The notes under the pieces are model-generated. The model ran no database searches. It saw only the letters and a program-made list of their open reading frames with translations, and was not told the DNA's origin. Positions 7,822 through 15,470 of a DNA stretch of 33,052 bases are shown here, in pieces. Each line of letters opens with the position of its first letter. Within the stretch, counting starts at the first letter, position 1. The stretch lies in IMG/VR virus record IMGVR_UViG_3300028588_000066, positions 1 to 33,052 of that record; one strand, given 5' to 3'. This DNA comes from a virus (lineage: Duplodnaviria; Caudoviricetes). The position numbers and the translations under genes were made by a program.

Positions 7822-9053
7822 GCGGGCCCCAGATCGTGTCGCTGTTCAGCGGCTACGGCGGGCTCGACATGGGCGTGCAAGCCGTCATCGGTGGCGAGGT
7901 CGTGGCGCACGTCGAGTTCGACCAGGCGCCGTCGCGGATCCTCACGCACCACTGGCCCGAGGTGCCGAACTTGGGCGACGTCACGGCCGTCGACTGGGAC
8001 GCTCTCCCGCATGGCGACGACGTCGTGATGACGCGCGGGTTCCCCTGCCAGGACGTCTCGCTCGCTGGCCTCCGTCGGGGGCTGCGGGACGGCACGCGGT
8101 CGGGCCTCTGGTCCGAGTTCGCGCGCGGCACCGACGCGGTCCGTCCGGGCCTCGTCGTCATCGAGAACGTGAGGGGGCTGCTCAGTGCAGCGGCAGATCG
8201 GCAGATGGAATCAAGCCCGTGGGATGTGGGAGACAGACACGATGGACCTGCTCTCCGAGCACTCGGAGCCGTTCTCGGCGACTTGGCCGACCTCGGGTAT
8301 GACGCGTCGTGGTGTGGCCTACGAGCTGCCGACGCCGGTGCTCCTCACGGCCGGTACCGGGTCTTCGTCCTCGCCCGTCCTGTCAACGCCGCTGACCACG
8401 ACCGCGACGGGGGTGCAGACGCTCGAGCGGCAGGTGGGCGGCCGCGGCTCCGCGTTGCTCCCGACGCCGAAGACGTCCGACCACACCGGCCCGGGAGTGC
8501 ATGGCACGGGCGGCCAGGATCTGAGGACCGAGATCTGGTTGCTCAAGACGCCGACCTCGCAACTCGCGGTGAACGGGGGGTCGCAGCATCCGGACAAGCG
8601 GAAGGCGGGCGGGCACGGCCCGACGCTGGCGGACGAGGTCGAGCACCTGCTGCCGACGCCGACGGTCGTGATGAACGACGGGGAGCAGCCGGTGACGTGG
8701 CTCGCACGGCGGGAGCGGATCCTGGCGAAGGGGATCAACGGCAACGGGATGGGGATGCCGCTCCCGATCGCGCTGCTGCTCCTCGAGAGTGGGGCCAGTA
8801 CGGAGCCGCCGTCGACCGGTGGGAACGAGTCACTGGACGGGTAGCCCCGGCGCCCACGAAGGGCGACGGCAAGGCCGGCCAGCAGCGCCTCTCGGCGGAG
8901 TTTGTCGAGTGGATGATGGGCCTCCCCCAGGGCCATGTCACCGGTGCAGGCCTGACCCGGAACGAGCAGCTGAAGGCGCTCGGGAACGGCGTCGTGCCCC
9001 AGCAGGCGTCGCTCGCAGTGCGGCTGCTGCTCGAGCGGGAGGCCGCAGCGTGA
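7818..9053 (+). CDS. DNA (cytosine-5) methyltransferase, catalytic frame
   Basis: Motif I SLFSGYGGLD, IV GFPCQD, VI VIENVRGL, VIII PHGRYRVFV, IX RLSAEFVEWMMGLP, X LKALGNGVVP. Confidence 0.92.
   Translation: MSGPQIVSLFSGYGGLDMGVQAVIGGEVVAHVEFDQAPSRILTHHWPEVPNLGDVTAVDWDALPHGDDVVMTRGFPCQDVSLAGLRRGLRDGTRSGLWSEFARGTDAVRPGLVVIENVRGLLSAAADRQMESSPWDVGDRHDGPALRALGAVLGDLADLGYDASWCGLRAADAGAPHGRYRVFVLARPVNAADHDRDGGADARAAGGRPRLRVAPDAEDVRPHRPGSAWHGRPGSEDRDLVAQDADLATRGERGVAASGQAEGGRARPDAGGRGRAPAADADGRDERRGAAGDVARTAGADPGEGDQRQRDGDAAPDRAAAPREWGQYGAAVDRWERVTGRVAPAPTKGDGKAGQQRLSAEFVEWMMGLPQGHVTGAGLTRNEQLKALGNGVVPQQASLAVRLLLEREAAA
8185..8844 (+). CDS. Nested +1-frame ORF with repeated LxTP modules; candidate target-recognition/beta subunit of the C5 MTase
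   Basis: GAGGGGG (8171-8177) 7 nt before the GTG; third positions G/C-rich in this frame while the host frame uses many A/T-ending codons; LPTP, LSTP, LLPTP, LLKTP, LLPTP repeats. Confidence 0.75.
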   Translation: MQRQIGRWNQARGMWETDTMDLLSEHSEPFSATWPTSGMTRRGVAYELPTPVLLTAGTGSSSSPVLSTPLTTTATGVQTLERQVGGRGSALLPTPKTSDHTGPGVHGTGGQDLRTEIWLLKTPTSQLAVNGGSQHPDKRKAGGHGPTLADEVEHLLPTPTVVMNDGEQPVTWLARRERILAKGINGNGMGMPLPIALLLLESGASTEPPSTGGNESLDG

Positions 9054-9406
9054 GCAGCCCGACCCCGCGAGCCCTGCTTGCGACCCTCGACCAGCGCGAC
9101 GGCCACCGCTGCGCCTGGACCGGCCAGGAGTCCGACCGGCTCGTCCCGCAGCACCGTCAGGGCGGCGCCGGCGGCCGCCGCGACAAGCACCGCCCGTCGA
9201 ACGTCGTCTGGCTCGACAGCATCCTGAACGGCCGCATCGAGGCCGAGCCGGACCTGCAGGCCGAGGCGCTGCGGCGGGGCATCAAGATCTCGGGCTTCGC
9301 CGACCCGACCGCGACACCGATCGAGCACGCCGTGCACGGCCTCGTCCTTCTGGACGACGCCGGCCAGTGGGCACCAGTACCGAAGGAGACAACACCATGG
9401 CGATGA
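9050..9406 (+). CDS. Degenerate HNH-like protein
   Basis: RDGHRC...QHRQGG...SNVVWLDSILN follows the HNH layout but lacks most Zn cysteines; GTGA-coupled to the MTase. Confidence 0.6.
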   Translation: MSSPTPRALLATLDQRDGHRCAWTGQESDRLVPQHRQGGAGGRRDKHRPSNVVWLDSILNGRIEAEPDLQAEALRRGIKISGFADPTATPIEHAVHGLVLLDDAGQWAPVPKETTPWR

Positions 9407-10254
9407 CGGACTACGGCACGCCAGACACCCCCGGCTTCGCGGCCGTCCCGAACTGGATGATCCGCGACACCACGATCAGCACCTACGCGATCGCCGTCTA
9501 CGCGGCCCTCGCCTCCCACAGCGGCCGCGGGGGCATCCATCCCTCGCACGAGACGATCGCCGCCGAGGCGCGCTGCAGCAAGCGGAAGGTGCAGGACGCC
9601 CTCGACGAGCTGCGGGACCTGGGCGTTGTCGCCTCGATCAGGCGGAACGGGCGTGGCGGCCGTACGAGCAACAGCTACACGCTCCACCCGAACGGGATCG
9701 AAGTAGCGGCACACGGTGCCGTTACTGCGCTGAGCCCAACGGCACGGGGCGACGTAGGTAACGGCACCACGTGCCGTCAGGTAACGGCACCACGTGCCGA
9801 GGAAGAAGAACCCAGTGAAGAAGAACCCGTTAAGAAGACCCCCCTACCCCCTGCGGGGGTGAGCCGGGATGTCGCGAAGGTGACCGGTGTCGAGACTCTC
9901 CTCTTCGAGAGCTTCTACAAGGTCTACCCGCGGCACGTCGGTCGCCAGGCGGCCGAGAAGGCGTTCGCGAAGGCGCTGCGGGTCGCGCCGGCCGAGCGCA
10001 TCGTGGCGGGCGCAAAGCGGTTCGCGGCCGACCCGAACCTCCCGCCCAAGGAAGACGCGCGGTTCATCCCTCACCCATCGACCTGGCTGAACGAGGGCCG
10101 GTGGGACGACGACCCCCTGCCGCCTCGCGGTGGTGGCCGGGGGCAAGAGAAACAGCAGCAGGCGATCGACCTGGTGGAGAAGTACCGACGGAAGGAACAG
10201 GGACATGCTGCACTCAGAAGTGGCGGAGATGCTCGCTTGGGCCTCCGGAGTTGA
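9397..10254 (+). CDS. Replication initiator (N-terminal winged HTH)
   Basis: FAAVPNWMIRD, HPSHETIAAEARCSKRKVQDALDEL, FYKVYPRHVG, IPHPSTWLNEGRWDD; AAGGAG RBS; followed by loader and DnaB. Confidence 0.88.
   Translation: MAMTDYGTPDTPGFAAVPNWMIRDTTISTYAIAVYAALASHSGRGGIHPSHETIAAEARCSKRKVQDALDELRDLGVVASIRRNGRGGRTSNSYTLHPNGIEVAAHGAVTALSPTARGDVGNGTTCRQVTAPRAEEEEPSEEEPVKKTPLPPAGVSRDVAKVTGVETLLFESFYKVYPRHVGRQAAEKAFAKALRVAPAERIVAGAKRFAADPNLPPKEDARFIPHPSTWLNEGRWDDDPLPPRGGGRGQEKQQQAIDLVEKYRRKEQGHAALRSGGDARLGLRS
9702..9843 (+). repeat. Putative replication origin: palindromic iterons plus A-rich repeats inside the initiator gene
   Basis: AGGTAACGGCACCACGTGCCG at 9756-9776 and 9779-9799; related CGGCAC-N3-GTGCCG at 9707-9721 and a half site near 9738; then GAAGAAGAACCC twice and AAGAAGACCC. 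Confidence 0.8.
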
Positions 10255-10555
10255 CGGTCGTCTGCTCAACGAGATGAGCGTGGAGGCGTGGCACCAGATC
10301 GTCGGCCGGTTCGACACGGCTGACGTGCAGCAGGCCGTCCGGGACCACTACACGGAAGTGTCCCGCAACATCTACCCAGCCGACGTCGTGAAGCGCCTCG
10401 AGGCAGCTCTGGAAGTCGTGGCCCTGCCTTCGGGCACGGCCGAGCTGCTCGCCGAGCAGAAGGCCGCGTGGTGCCGTGAGCACAAGGTCACGGTGGAGGA
10501 GTTCGACGCGCATCAGGACGACCACGAGTGGATCCGGGCGGTGCAGCGTGGCTGA
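10205..10555 (+). CDS. Helicase loader/inhibitor (G39P-like)
   Basis: VEAWHQIV...QQAVRDHY...IYPADV pattern; position between initiator and DnaB. Confidence 0.6.
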   Translation: MLHSEVAEMLAWASGVDGRLLNEMSVEAWHQIVGRFDTADVQQAVRDHYTEVSRNIYPADVVKRLEAALEVVALPSGTAELLAEQKAAWCREHKVTVEEFDAHQDDHEWIRAVQRG

Positions 10556-11222
10556 CCCCTACTACCAGGACGACCTGGTCACGCTCTTCCACGGTCGTGC
10601 GGAGGAGATCTCCGAGTGGACCACGGCCGACGTGCTGCTCGTCGACCCGCCCTACGGCATCGACTACAACTCCGGCAGCCGCCGGGAGGCCGTCGCTGCC
10701 TCCATCCTCGGCGACAAGGACACCGCTGTTCGTGACGCGATCCTCGCCCTGTGGGGAGCGCAGCGTCCCGCGCTGGTGTTCGGCTCCTGGCGGGTCGAGC
10801 GTCCCGCAGGCACGAAGATGCTGCTCGTCTGGGACAAGAAGGGCGCCCTCGGCATGGGCGACTTGTCGATCCCGTGGAAGCCCGGGCACGAGGAGATCTA
10901 CGTCCTCGGCGCTGGCGCCTGGCGCGGCGACAGGACCTCCGACGTGCTCCGGGTCGCGCCCGTGCAATCAACGTCGCGGAACGGGCGCCTGCACCCGCAC
11001 CAGAAGCCCCTCGCGCTGATGGAGGAGCTGGTGCGCAAGCTGCCCGGCGGCGTGGTCGCGGATCCCACGGCTGGCGTCGGCAGCACGCTGCTCGCGGCGT
11101 CGCGGCTCGGGCAGCGTTCCGTCGGCGTCGAACTCGACGAGGCCTACTGCGAGGCGATCGTGAAGCGGCTCGAATCTGACCGCGCGCAGGCTCTTTTCGG
11201 CGACTGGGACGGTGCCGCATGA
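10548..11222 (+). CDS. DNA N4-C/N6-A methyltransferase, beta class
   Basis: DPPYG first, then HPHQKP and DPTAGVGST, GVELDEAYC. Confidence 0.9.
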   Translation: MADPYYQDDLVTLFHGRAEEISEWTTADVLLVDPPYGIDYNSGSRREAVAASILGDKDTAVRDAILALWGAQRPALVFGSWRVERPAGTKMLLVWDKKGALGMGDLSIPWKPGHEEIYVLGAGAWRGDRTSDVLRVAPVQSTSRNGRLHPHQKPLALMEELVRKLPGGVVADPTAGVGSTLLAASRLGQRSVGVELDEAYCEAIVKRLESDRAQALFGDWDGAA

Positions 11223-12529
11223 ACGACACGATCCAGGACAGGGCCCCGCAGCACGACACCGCGGCCGAGCAGTACGTCGTCGGCAGCATGATGCTGTCCC
11301 CGAAGGCGGTCTGGGAGGTGCTTGACGGGCTCACCCCGTCGGACTTCTACCTCCCGAAGCACGAGCTGATCGTCGCGGCCGCGGCCCGGCTCGCGCACCA
11401 GAACCAGCCGATCGACCCGATCACCCTCGGCGACGAGCTCGGTCGCGGCGGGGAGCTCGAGAAGGCCGGCGGCGCCGCCTACCTCCACGAGCTCTACGGC
11501 GCCCCCACGACGGCGGTGAACGTCGGCTACTACGTCGACATCGTCAAGGACCGCGCGCTCCGTCGTCGCTTAGCAGCCGCCGGGACGCGGGTCGCGCAGA
11601 TGGGCCTGTCGACCGAGGGCGACGCGTTCGAGCTCGCCGACAACGCGCGCACCGAGATCGAGCAGGTCGCGGCCGGCGCCCGCGTCGACGTGCACGCCGT
11701 CGGCACGACGATCGACGCCCTGATCGACCGGCTCGACGAGAAGCCCGAGTACGTGCCGACCCCGTGGCCGTCGCTCGACAAGCTGATCGGCGGGCTGGCC
11801 GCCGGGAACCTCGTCATCGTCGGCGCCCGACCCGGCGAGGGGAAGACGATCGTCGGCCTGCAGTGCGCGACCCGGCTCGCTCACGAGGGCCTGGTCGCGT
11901 TCATCAGCCTCGAGATGGGCGAGGACGAGCTGCAGATCCGCCTCATCGCGCAGTACGGCGAGGTCCACATGAAGAACCTGCGGAACCGCACCCTGAACAC
12001 CGAGCAGTGGAACCGCGTGCGGATCGCCCGCCAGCGGTTCCAGGAGGCCCCGATCTTCATCGGCGACGACATCTCGACGCTGACGCAGATCCGCTCGTTC
12101 GTCCGCTCGGTCGCGCGGAAGGGGAAGCTCGCGGGCGTCGTCATCGACTACCTGCAGCTGATCGAGGGCGGCGGCAAGGAGAACCGGCAGCAGGACGTCG
12201 CGGACTTCTCGCGGGGCCTCAAGAAGATGGCGAAGCAGCTGCAGGTGCCCGTCATCGCGCTGTCGCAGCTGTCGCGGCCGCCGGCGCAGCGGACGACGCG
12301 GACGCCGCAGCTGACGGACCTGCGGGAGTCGGGCGCGATCGAGCAGGACGCCGACGTGGTGCTGCTGCTCTCGTACGACCGCGCGAAGAAGCCGGGCGAC
12401 CTCGAGGTCGTCGTGGCGAAGAACCGGCACGGCGAGATGGGGACGGTCGTGCTCACGTGGCAGGGCCAGTTCGCGCGCCTGCAGGACAAGACCTGGGACC
12501 CGTTCGGGTCGACCCAGCTGGATCTCTAG
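11219..12529 (+). CDS. dnaB: Replicative DNA helicase DnaB-like
   Basis: GARPGEGKT Walker A, SLEM, VIDYLQL, ALSQLSR, DLRESGAIEQDAD, KNRHG. Confidence 0.97.
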   Translation: MNDTIQDRAPQHDTAAEQYVVGSMMLSPKAVWEVLDGLTPSDFYLPKHELIVAAAARLAHQNQPIDPITLGDELGRGGELEKAGGAAYLHELYGAPTTAVNVGYYVDIVKDRALRRRLAAAGTRVAQMGLSTEGDAFELADNARTEIEQVAAGARVDVHAVGTTIDALIDRLDEKPEYVPTPWPSLDKLIGGLAAGNLVIVGARPGEGKTIVGLQCATRLAHEGLVAFISLEMGEDELQIRLIAQYGEVHMKNLRNRTLNTEQWNRVRIARQRFQEAPIFIGDDISTLTQIRSFVRSVARKGKLAGVVIDYLQLIEGGGKENRQQDVADFSRGLKKMAKQLQVPVIALSQLSRPPAQRTTRTPQLTDLRESGAIEQDADVVLLLSYDRAKKPGDLEVVVAKNRHGEMGTVVLTWQGQFARLQDKTWDPFGSTQLDL

Positions 12530-12538
12530 GAGGACGAC

Positions 12539-12757
12539 ATGCCCGAGACACCATTCACCGCCGACGACCTCGAGCGCATCGCGAAGGCGCTGCGCGAGTG
12601 GGAGCGACTCCTACTCGACAAGGACGGGGGGTTCCGGCGCCGCTCGGAGCTCGTGAAGAGCATCGAGGTCACCCGGCCCGACGATGACGGCGAGGCGATC
12701 GGCCACTTCGTCATCGAGGACGGCTGGGTCGGTATGCGCTTCGACGGGGAGCACTGA
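12539..12757 (+). CDS. Hypothetical protein
   Basis: AGGAGG RBS, coupled to the next gene. Confidence 0.7.
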   Translation: MPETPFTADDLERIAKALREWERLLLDKDGGFRRRSELVKSIEVTRPDDDGEAIGHFVIEDGWVGMRFDGEH

Positions 12758-12966
12758 TGCCGATCACCAGGACCCGAGAGGTCGAAGTCGCCGACGCCTA
12801 CGGCGACGACATCGGAGGCGTGACCGTCGTCGTCGAGGGCGGCCACCAGTCCCTCACCCCGGAGGAGGCCGACGAACTCGGCCAGGCCCTCATGCACGCC
12901 GCCCTCGAGGCGCGACAGACCACGCGGCTGCAGCAGCAGACCACGACCGACAACACGGCCTTCTAG
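12757..12966 (+). CDS. Hypothetical protein
   Basis: TGATG coupling; LTPEEADELGQAL helix pattern. Confidence 0.7.
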   Translation: MPITRTREVEVADAYGDDIGGVTVVVEGGHQSLTPEEADELGQALMHAALEARQTTRLQQQTTTDNTAF

Positions 12967-12984
12967 GCCAGGAAGCAGAGCATC

Positions 12985-13470
12985 ATGAGCAACCCGAACA
13001 TCACCATCAACGGCCGACTGTCGAAGGACCCCGAGGGTCGCGTCGCGAACGGCAAGAGCGTGGCCGAGATCACGGTCCCGCAGCAGCGCTCGAAGCGCAC
13101 CGACGACGGCCGCTGGGAGAACGTCGGCGGCACGTCGTGGATCACGGCGACCTTCTGGGAGGGCGACGCCGACGCCGTCATGGCCTCCCTGTCGAAGGGC
13201 AGCGAGGTCATCGTCACCGGCCAGCTGGCGACGCAGGAGCACCAGACCCGCGAGGGCGAGCAGCGCACGAAGCTCGTCATCGAGTTCCCGAAGGTGGCCC
13301 TCGTGCTGAAGGGCGACCAGGGCGGCCAGGCGCCGCGTGGGGCGACGAGTACCGGGCAGCTGGCATCCGCGGCCGCCGAGCCCTGGGCGACCGCCCAGCC
13401 GGGCGGAGGCGGCGACGCCTGGGCCACCCCGCAGGGCGGGACCACCTACAACGACGAGACCCCGTTCTGA
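12985..13470 (+). CDS. ssb: Single-stranded DNA-binding protein
   Basis: ITINGRLSKDPE OB-fold start, SLSKGSEVIVTGQL, acidic tail NDETPF. Confidence 0.93.
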   Translation: MSNPNITINGRLSKDPEGRVANGKSVAEITVPQQRSKRTDDGRWENVGGTSWITATFWEGDADAVMASLSKGSEVIVTGQLATQEHQTREGEQRTKLVIEFPKVALVLKGDQGGQAPRGATSTGQLASAAAEPWATAQPGGGGDAWATPQGGTTYNDETPF

Positions 13471-13886
13471 TGAGCGCCGTCATCGAACACGACGTCGTCG
13501 TGAAGGACCGCTACGACTTGGCGATCGATCGCCTGCCGCTGGTGCCGCGACAGGCCCGCGCCGTGCGCACCGTCCGCAGCATGCTCGTCGCCGCCGACCA
13601 GATGATCGACGCCGACGGGTTCGACCGCTTCACGTCGGCCGACGTCGCCGCTGCGGCAGGCGTCAGCATCGGGATCTTCTACCGGTACTTCCGCGACCGG
13701 GTGGCCGTGCTCGACGCGCTCTACCCGGACCGCTACGAGCTGCTCCGCCCCGGCGCGCTCAAGGCGCACGACGACGAAGTGAAGGCGCAGTCGCTCGAGG
13801 AAGTCATGACGCACCTCGTCGGCCCGGTCGTGTCGTTCGAGCAGCTCCGCATCCGCGTGACCGCTCTGCGAGAAGGGCGCGGCTGA
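13470..13886 (+). CDS. TetR-family HTH protein with short atypical C-terminus
   Basis: PRQARAVRTVRSMLVAA...FTSADVAAAAGVSIGIFYRYFRDR; TGATG-coupled on both sides. Confidence 0.8.
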   Translation: MSAVIEHDVVVKDRYDLAIDRLPLVPRQARAVRTVRSMLVAADQMIDADGFDRFTSADVAAAAGVSIGIFYRYFRDRVAVLDALYPDRYELLRPGALKAHDDEVKAQSLEEVMTHLVGPVVSFEQLRIRVTALREGRG

Positions 13887-14116
13887 TGGGAGGCGACAAG
13901 CGCGAAGCCGCCCTGCACGGCGCCGACCCTGCGCACGACAAGCTGCGCGGCGCGACGCCCATCGACACCACACCGCCCCCGGTCGACCGGACGAAGCTGC
14001 TCGCCTGGCTCCGGTCGAAGAAGGGGCACCGCAACCCGCTGACCGGCGCGATCTACGAGGGCCTGACCGCCCGGATCGAGCGCGGCGACTTCAACACAGA
14101 GGAGGCCCGGCCGTGA
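13886..14116 (+). CDS. Hypothetical protein
   Basis: Coupled ATG; GTGA overlap with the next gene. Confidence 0.65.
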   Translation: MGGDKREAALHGADPAHDKLRGATPIDTTPPPVDRTKLLAWLRSKKGHRNPLTGAIYEGLTARIERGDFNTEEARP

Positions 14117-15012
14117 CCGAGCTCGACACCTTGACCACCCCCACCGACGAAGACCTGCTCCACCTTGCCGCCGCCCGCGCCCGCCGCCGCCTCCTCGAGG
14201 TCGACGGCCTAGTCGCCTTCGTCCGAACCCTCGTCGTCCCCGCCATGGGCGGCGCCTCCGACGGCATGCCCCGTGCCGCCTCGAAGACTGCCCCCCTGCC
14301 GCTCCGCGCCGACGCCGTCGACGACAGCGACGACATCTACGCCCGCATCATCGAGTGGGTCTCCTACTGGGCCCGCGAGCTCACCACAGAGCCCCCGATC
14401 GCCCTGCAGGTGAAGTGGGCGGGGAAAGACGAGCCCGCCGGGTTCCGTGCCGGCACGACGCCCGCCGGCGCCGGGCTGCTCACGAAGCTGCTCACCACGT
14501 GGCTGCTCACCCGCCAGGACCGCATCCTCGAGCACGACGCCGCACAGGTCTACCTCGACGACGTCGCCGACATGGTGTGGAAGCTGCGGGCCAAGTACCC
14601 GCGAGCACCACGTCCTGAGCGCGGCGTGCTCGAGCGGCCCTGCCCCGTCTGCGATCGCTTCACCTTCGGCGCCACCTGGCCTGGCGAGGCGGCCGTCGAC
14701 GAGTTCGAGCTGGTCTGCTCGTTCTGCGGCCACACCGAGTCGGCCGCCGCGTTCATCCGGGACGGCCGTGTGCGGGAGCTGCTGCACGAGCTGCGCGAGG
14801 AGCACGCCGACCCGAGGTCGGAGTGGTGGACGAAGCGGCAGGCGCAGGCCGAGCTCGACATCACGAAGCGCACCCTCGACCGGTACATCGCGGAGGGCTC
14901 CCTGCCGACGTACACGACCGACGGCACCGTCTACGTGAACACCGAGGAGCTGCTCGCCCTGTGGCGGGCGAAGCGGCAGAAGCCGCAGGCAACCCAGGTC
15001 AAGCGCACCTGA
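14113..15012 (+). CDS. Zn-ribbon plus C-terminal HTH protein; candidate late-gene regulator
   Basis: CPVC...CSFC; WWTKRQAQAELDITKRTLDRYIAEG winged HTH; last gene of the early operon. Confidence 0.75.
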   Translation: MTELDTLTTPTDEDLLHLAAARARRRLLEVDGLVAFVRTLVVPAMGGASDGMPRAASKTAPLPLRADAVDDSDDIYARIIEWVSYWARELTTEPPIALQVKWAGKDEPAGFRAGTTPAGAGLLTKLLTTWLLTRQDRILEHDAAQVYLDDVADMVWKLRAKYPRAPRPERGVLERPCPVCDRFTFGATWPGEAAVDEFELVCSFCGHTESAAAFIRDGRVRELLHELREEHADPRSEWWTKRQAQAELDITKRTLDRYIAEGSLPTYTTDGTVYVNTEELLALWRAKRQKPQATQVKRT

Positions 15013-15033
15013 CGACGCGCCGGATCCGCGTAG

Positions 15034-15063
15034 TTGACGGCCTGTCTCGATTCTGATTAAGAT
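15034..15063 (+). promoter_or_regulatory. Sigma70/SigA-type promoter (candidate late promoter)
   Basis: TTGACG-18 bp-TAAGAT, AT-rich island in GC-rich DNA. Confidence 0.7.
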
Positions 15064-15099
15064 AGCCCCAGCGAACCCGTCCGCTCCACGGACGAGAGC

Positions 15100-15135
15100 A
15101 CAAAGCCCCCTCCACCGCGAGGGGGCTTTGTCGTT
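15100..15135 (+). terminator. Intrinsic terminator
   Basis: Perfect 13-bp stem ACAAAGCCCCCTC/GAGGGGGCTTTGT with TTTGTCGTT tail. Confidence 0.75.
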
Positions 15136-15209
15136 CCCCCCGCACCTCCCTCCGTCGCCCTTGCGCGGGGAGCGGTCAGACCCACCGGCTGTCGGAAGCG
15201 ACCGGGTCT

Positions 15210-15248
15210 AGCGAGGCCGCGCACGGCTAGAACGTGCGCGGCCTCGCT
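15210..15248. terminator. Strong hairpin, probable terminator of the convergent - strand gene
   Basis: Perfect 16-bp stem AGCGAGGCCGCGCACG/CGTGCGCGGCCTCGCT, 6 nt beyond the stop at 15255. Confidence 0.6.
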
Positions 15249-15254
15249 CACAGT

Positions 15255-15470
15255 TCAGCTTTCGGTCGATCCTGAGCCCGGCTGAGCACCACCGTCGATG
15301 TAACGGAACGCCAGGGCCAGATCACGGATCGCGGCTGTCTGCCCCGCCATCGTGTAGTCCGAATCTCGGATGCTGTCGGCCGCCTCCAAGATCAAGCTGT
15401 GGAGCTCCGAGACAACGTCGCTACGCCTTGCCCGCTTGCTTTCGGTCCCGCTAGTGCCTTCATTGCTCAC
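15255..15470 (-). CDS. Small antisense moron protein (71 aa), unknown function
   Basis: GAAGGGG RBS before GTG 15470; visibly more AT-rich than neighbours; helical sequence; own hairpin. Confidence 0.65.
   Translation of the reverse strand: MSNEGTSGTESKRARRSDVVSELHSLILEAADSIRDSDYTMAGQTAAIRDLALAFRYIDGGAQPGSGSTES

Noticed and set aside
7818-9406. C5 MTase plus HNH as a restriction-modification pair
   Set aside because: The HNH is short and degenerate and lies in a lytic early operon; orphan anti-restriction MTase is more parsimonious.
12684-13469. 400-aa ORF upstream extension of the TetR-like gene
   Set aside because: Off-frame shadow over two real genes including ssb; the TetR-like gene starts at the coupled ATG 13470.
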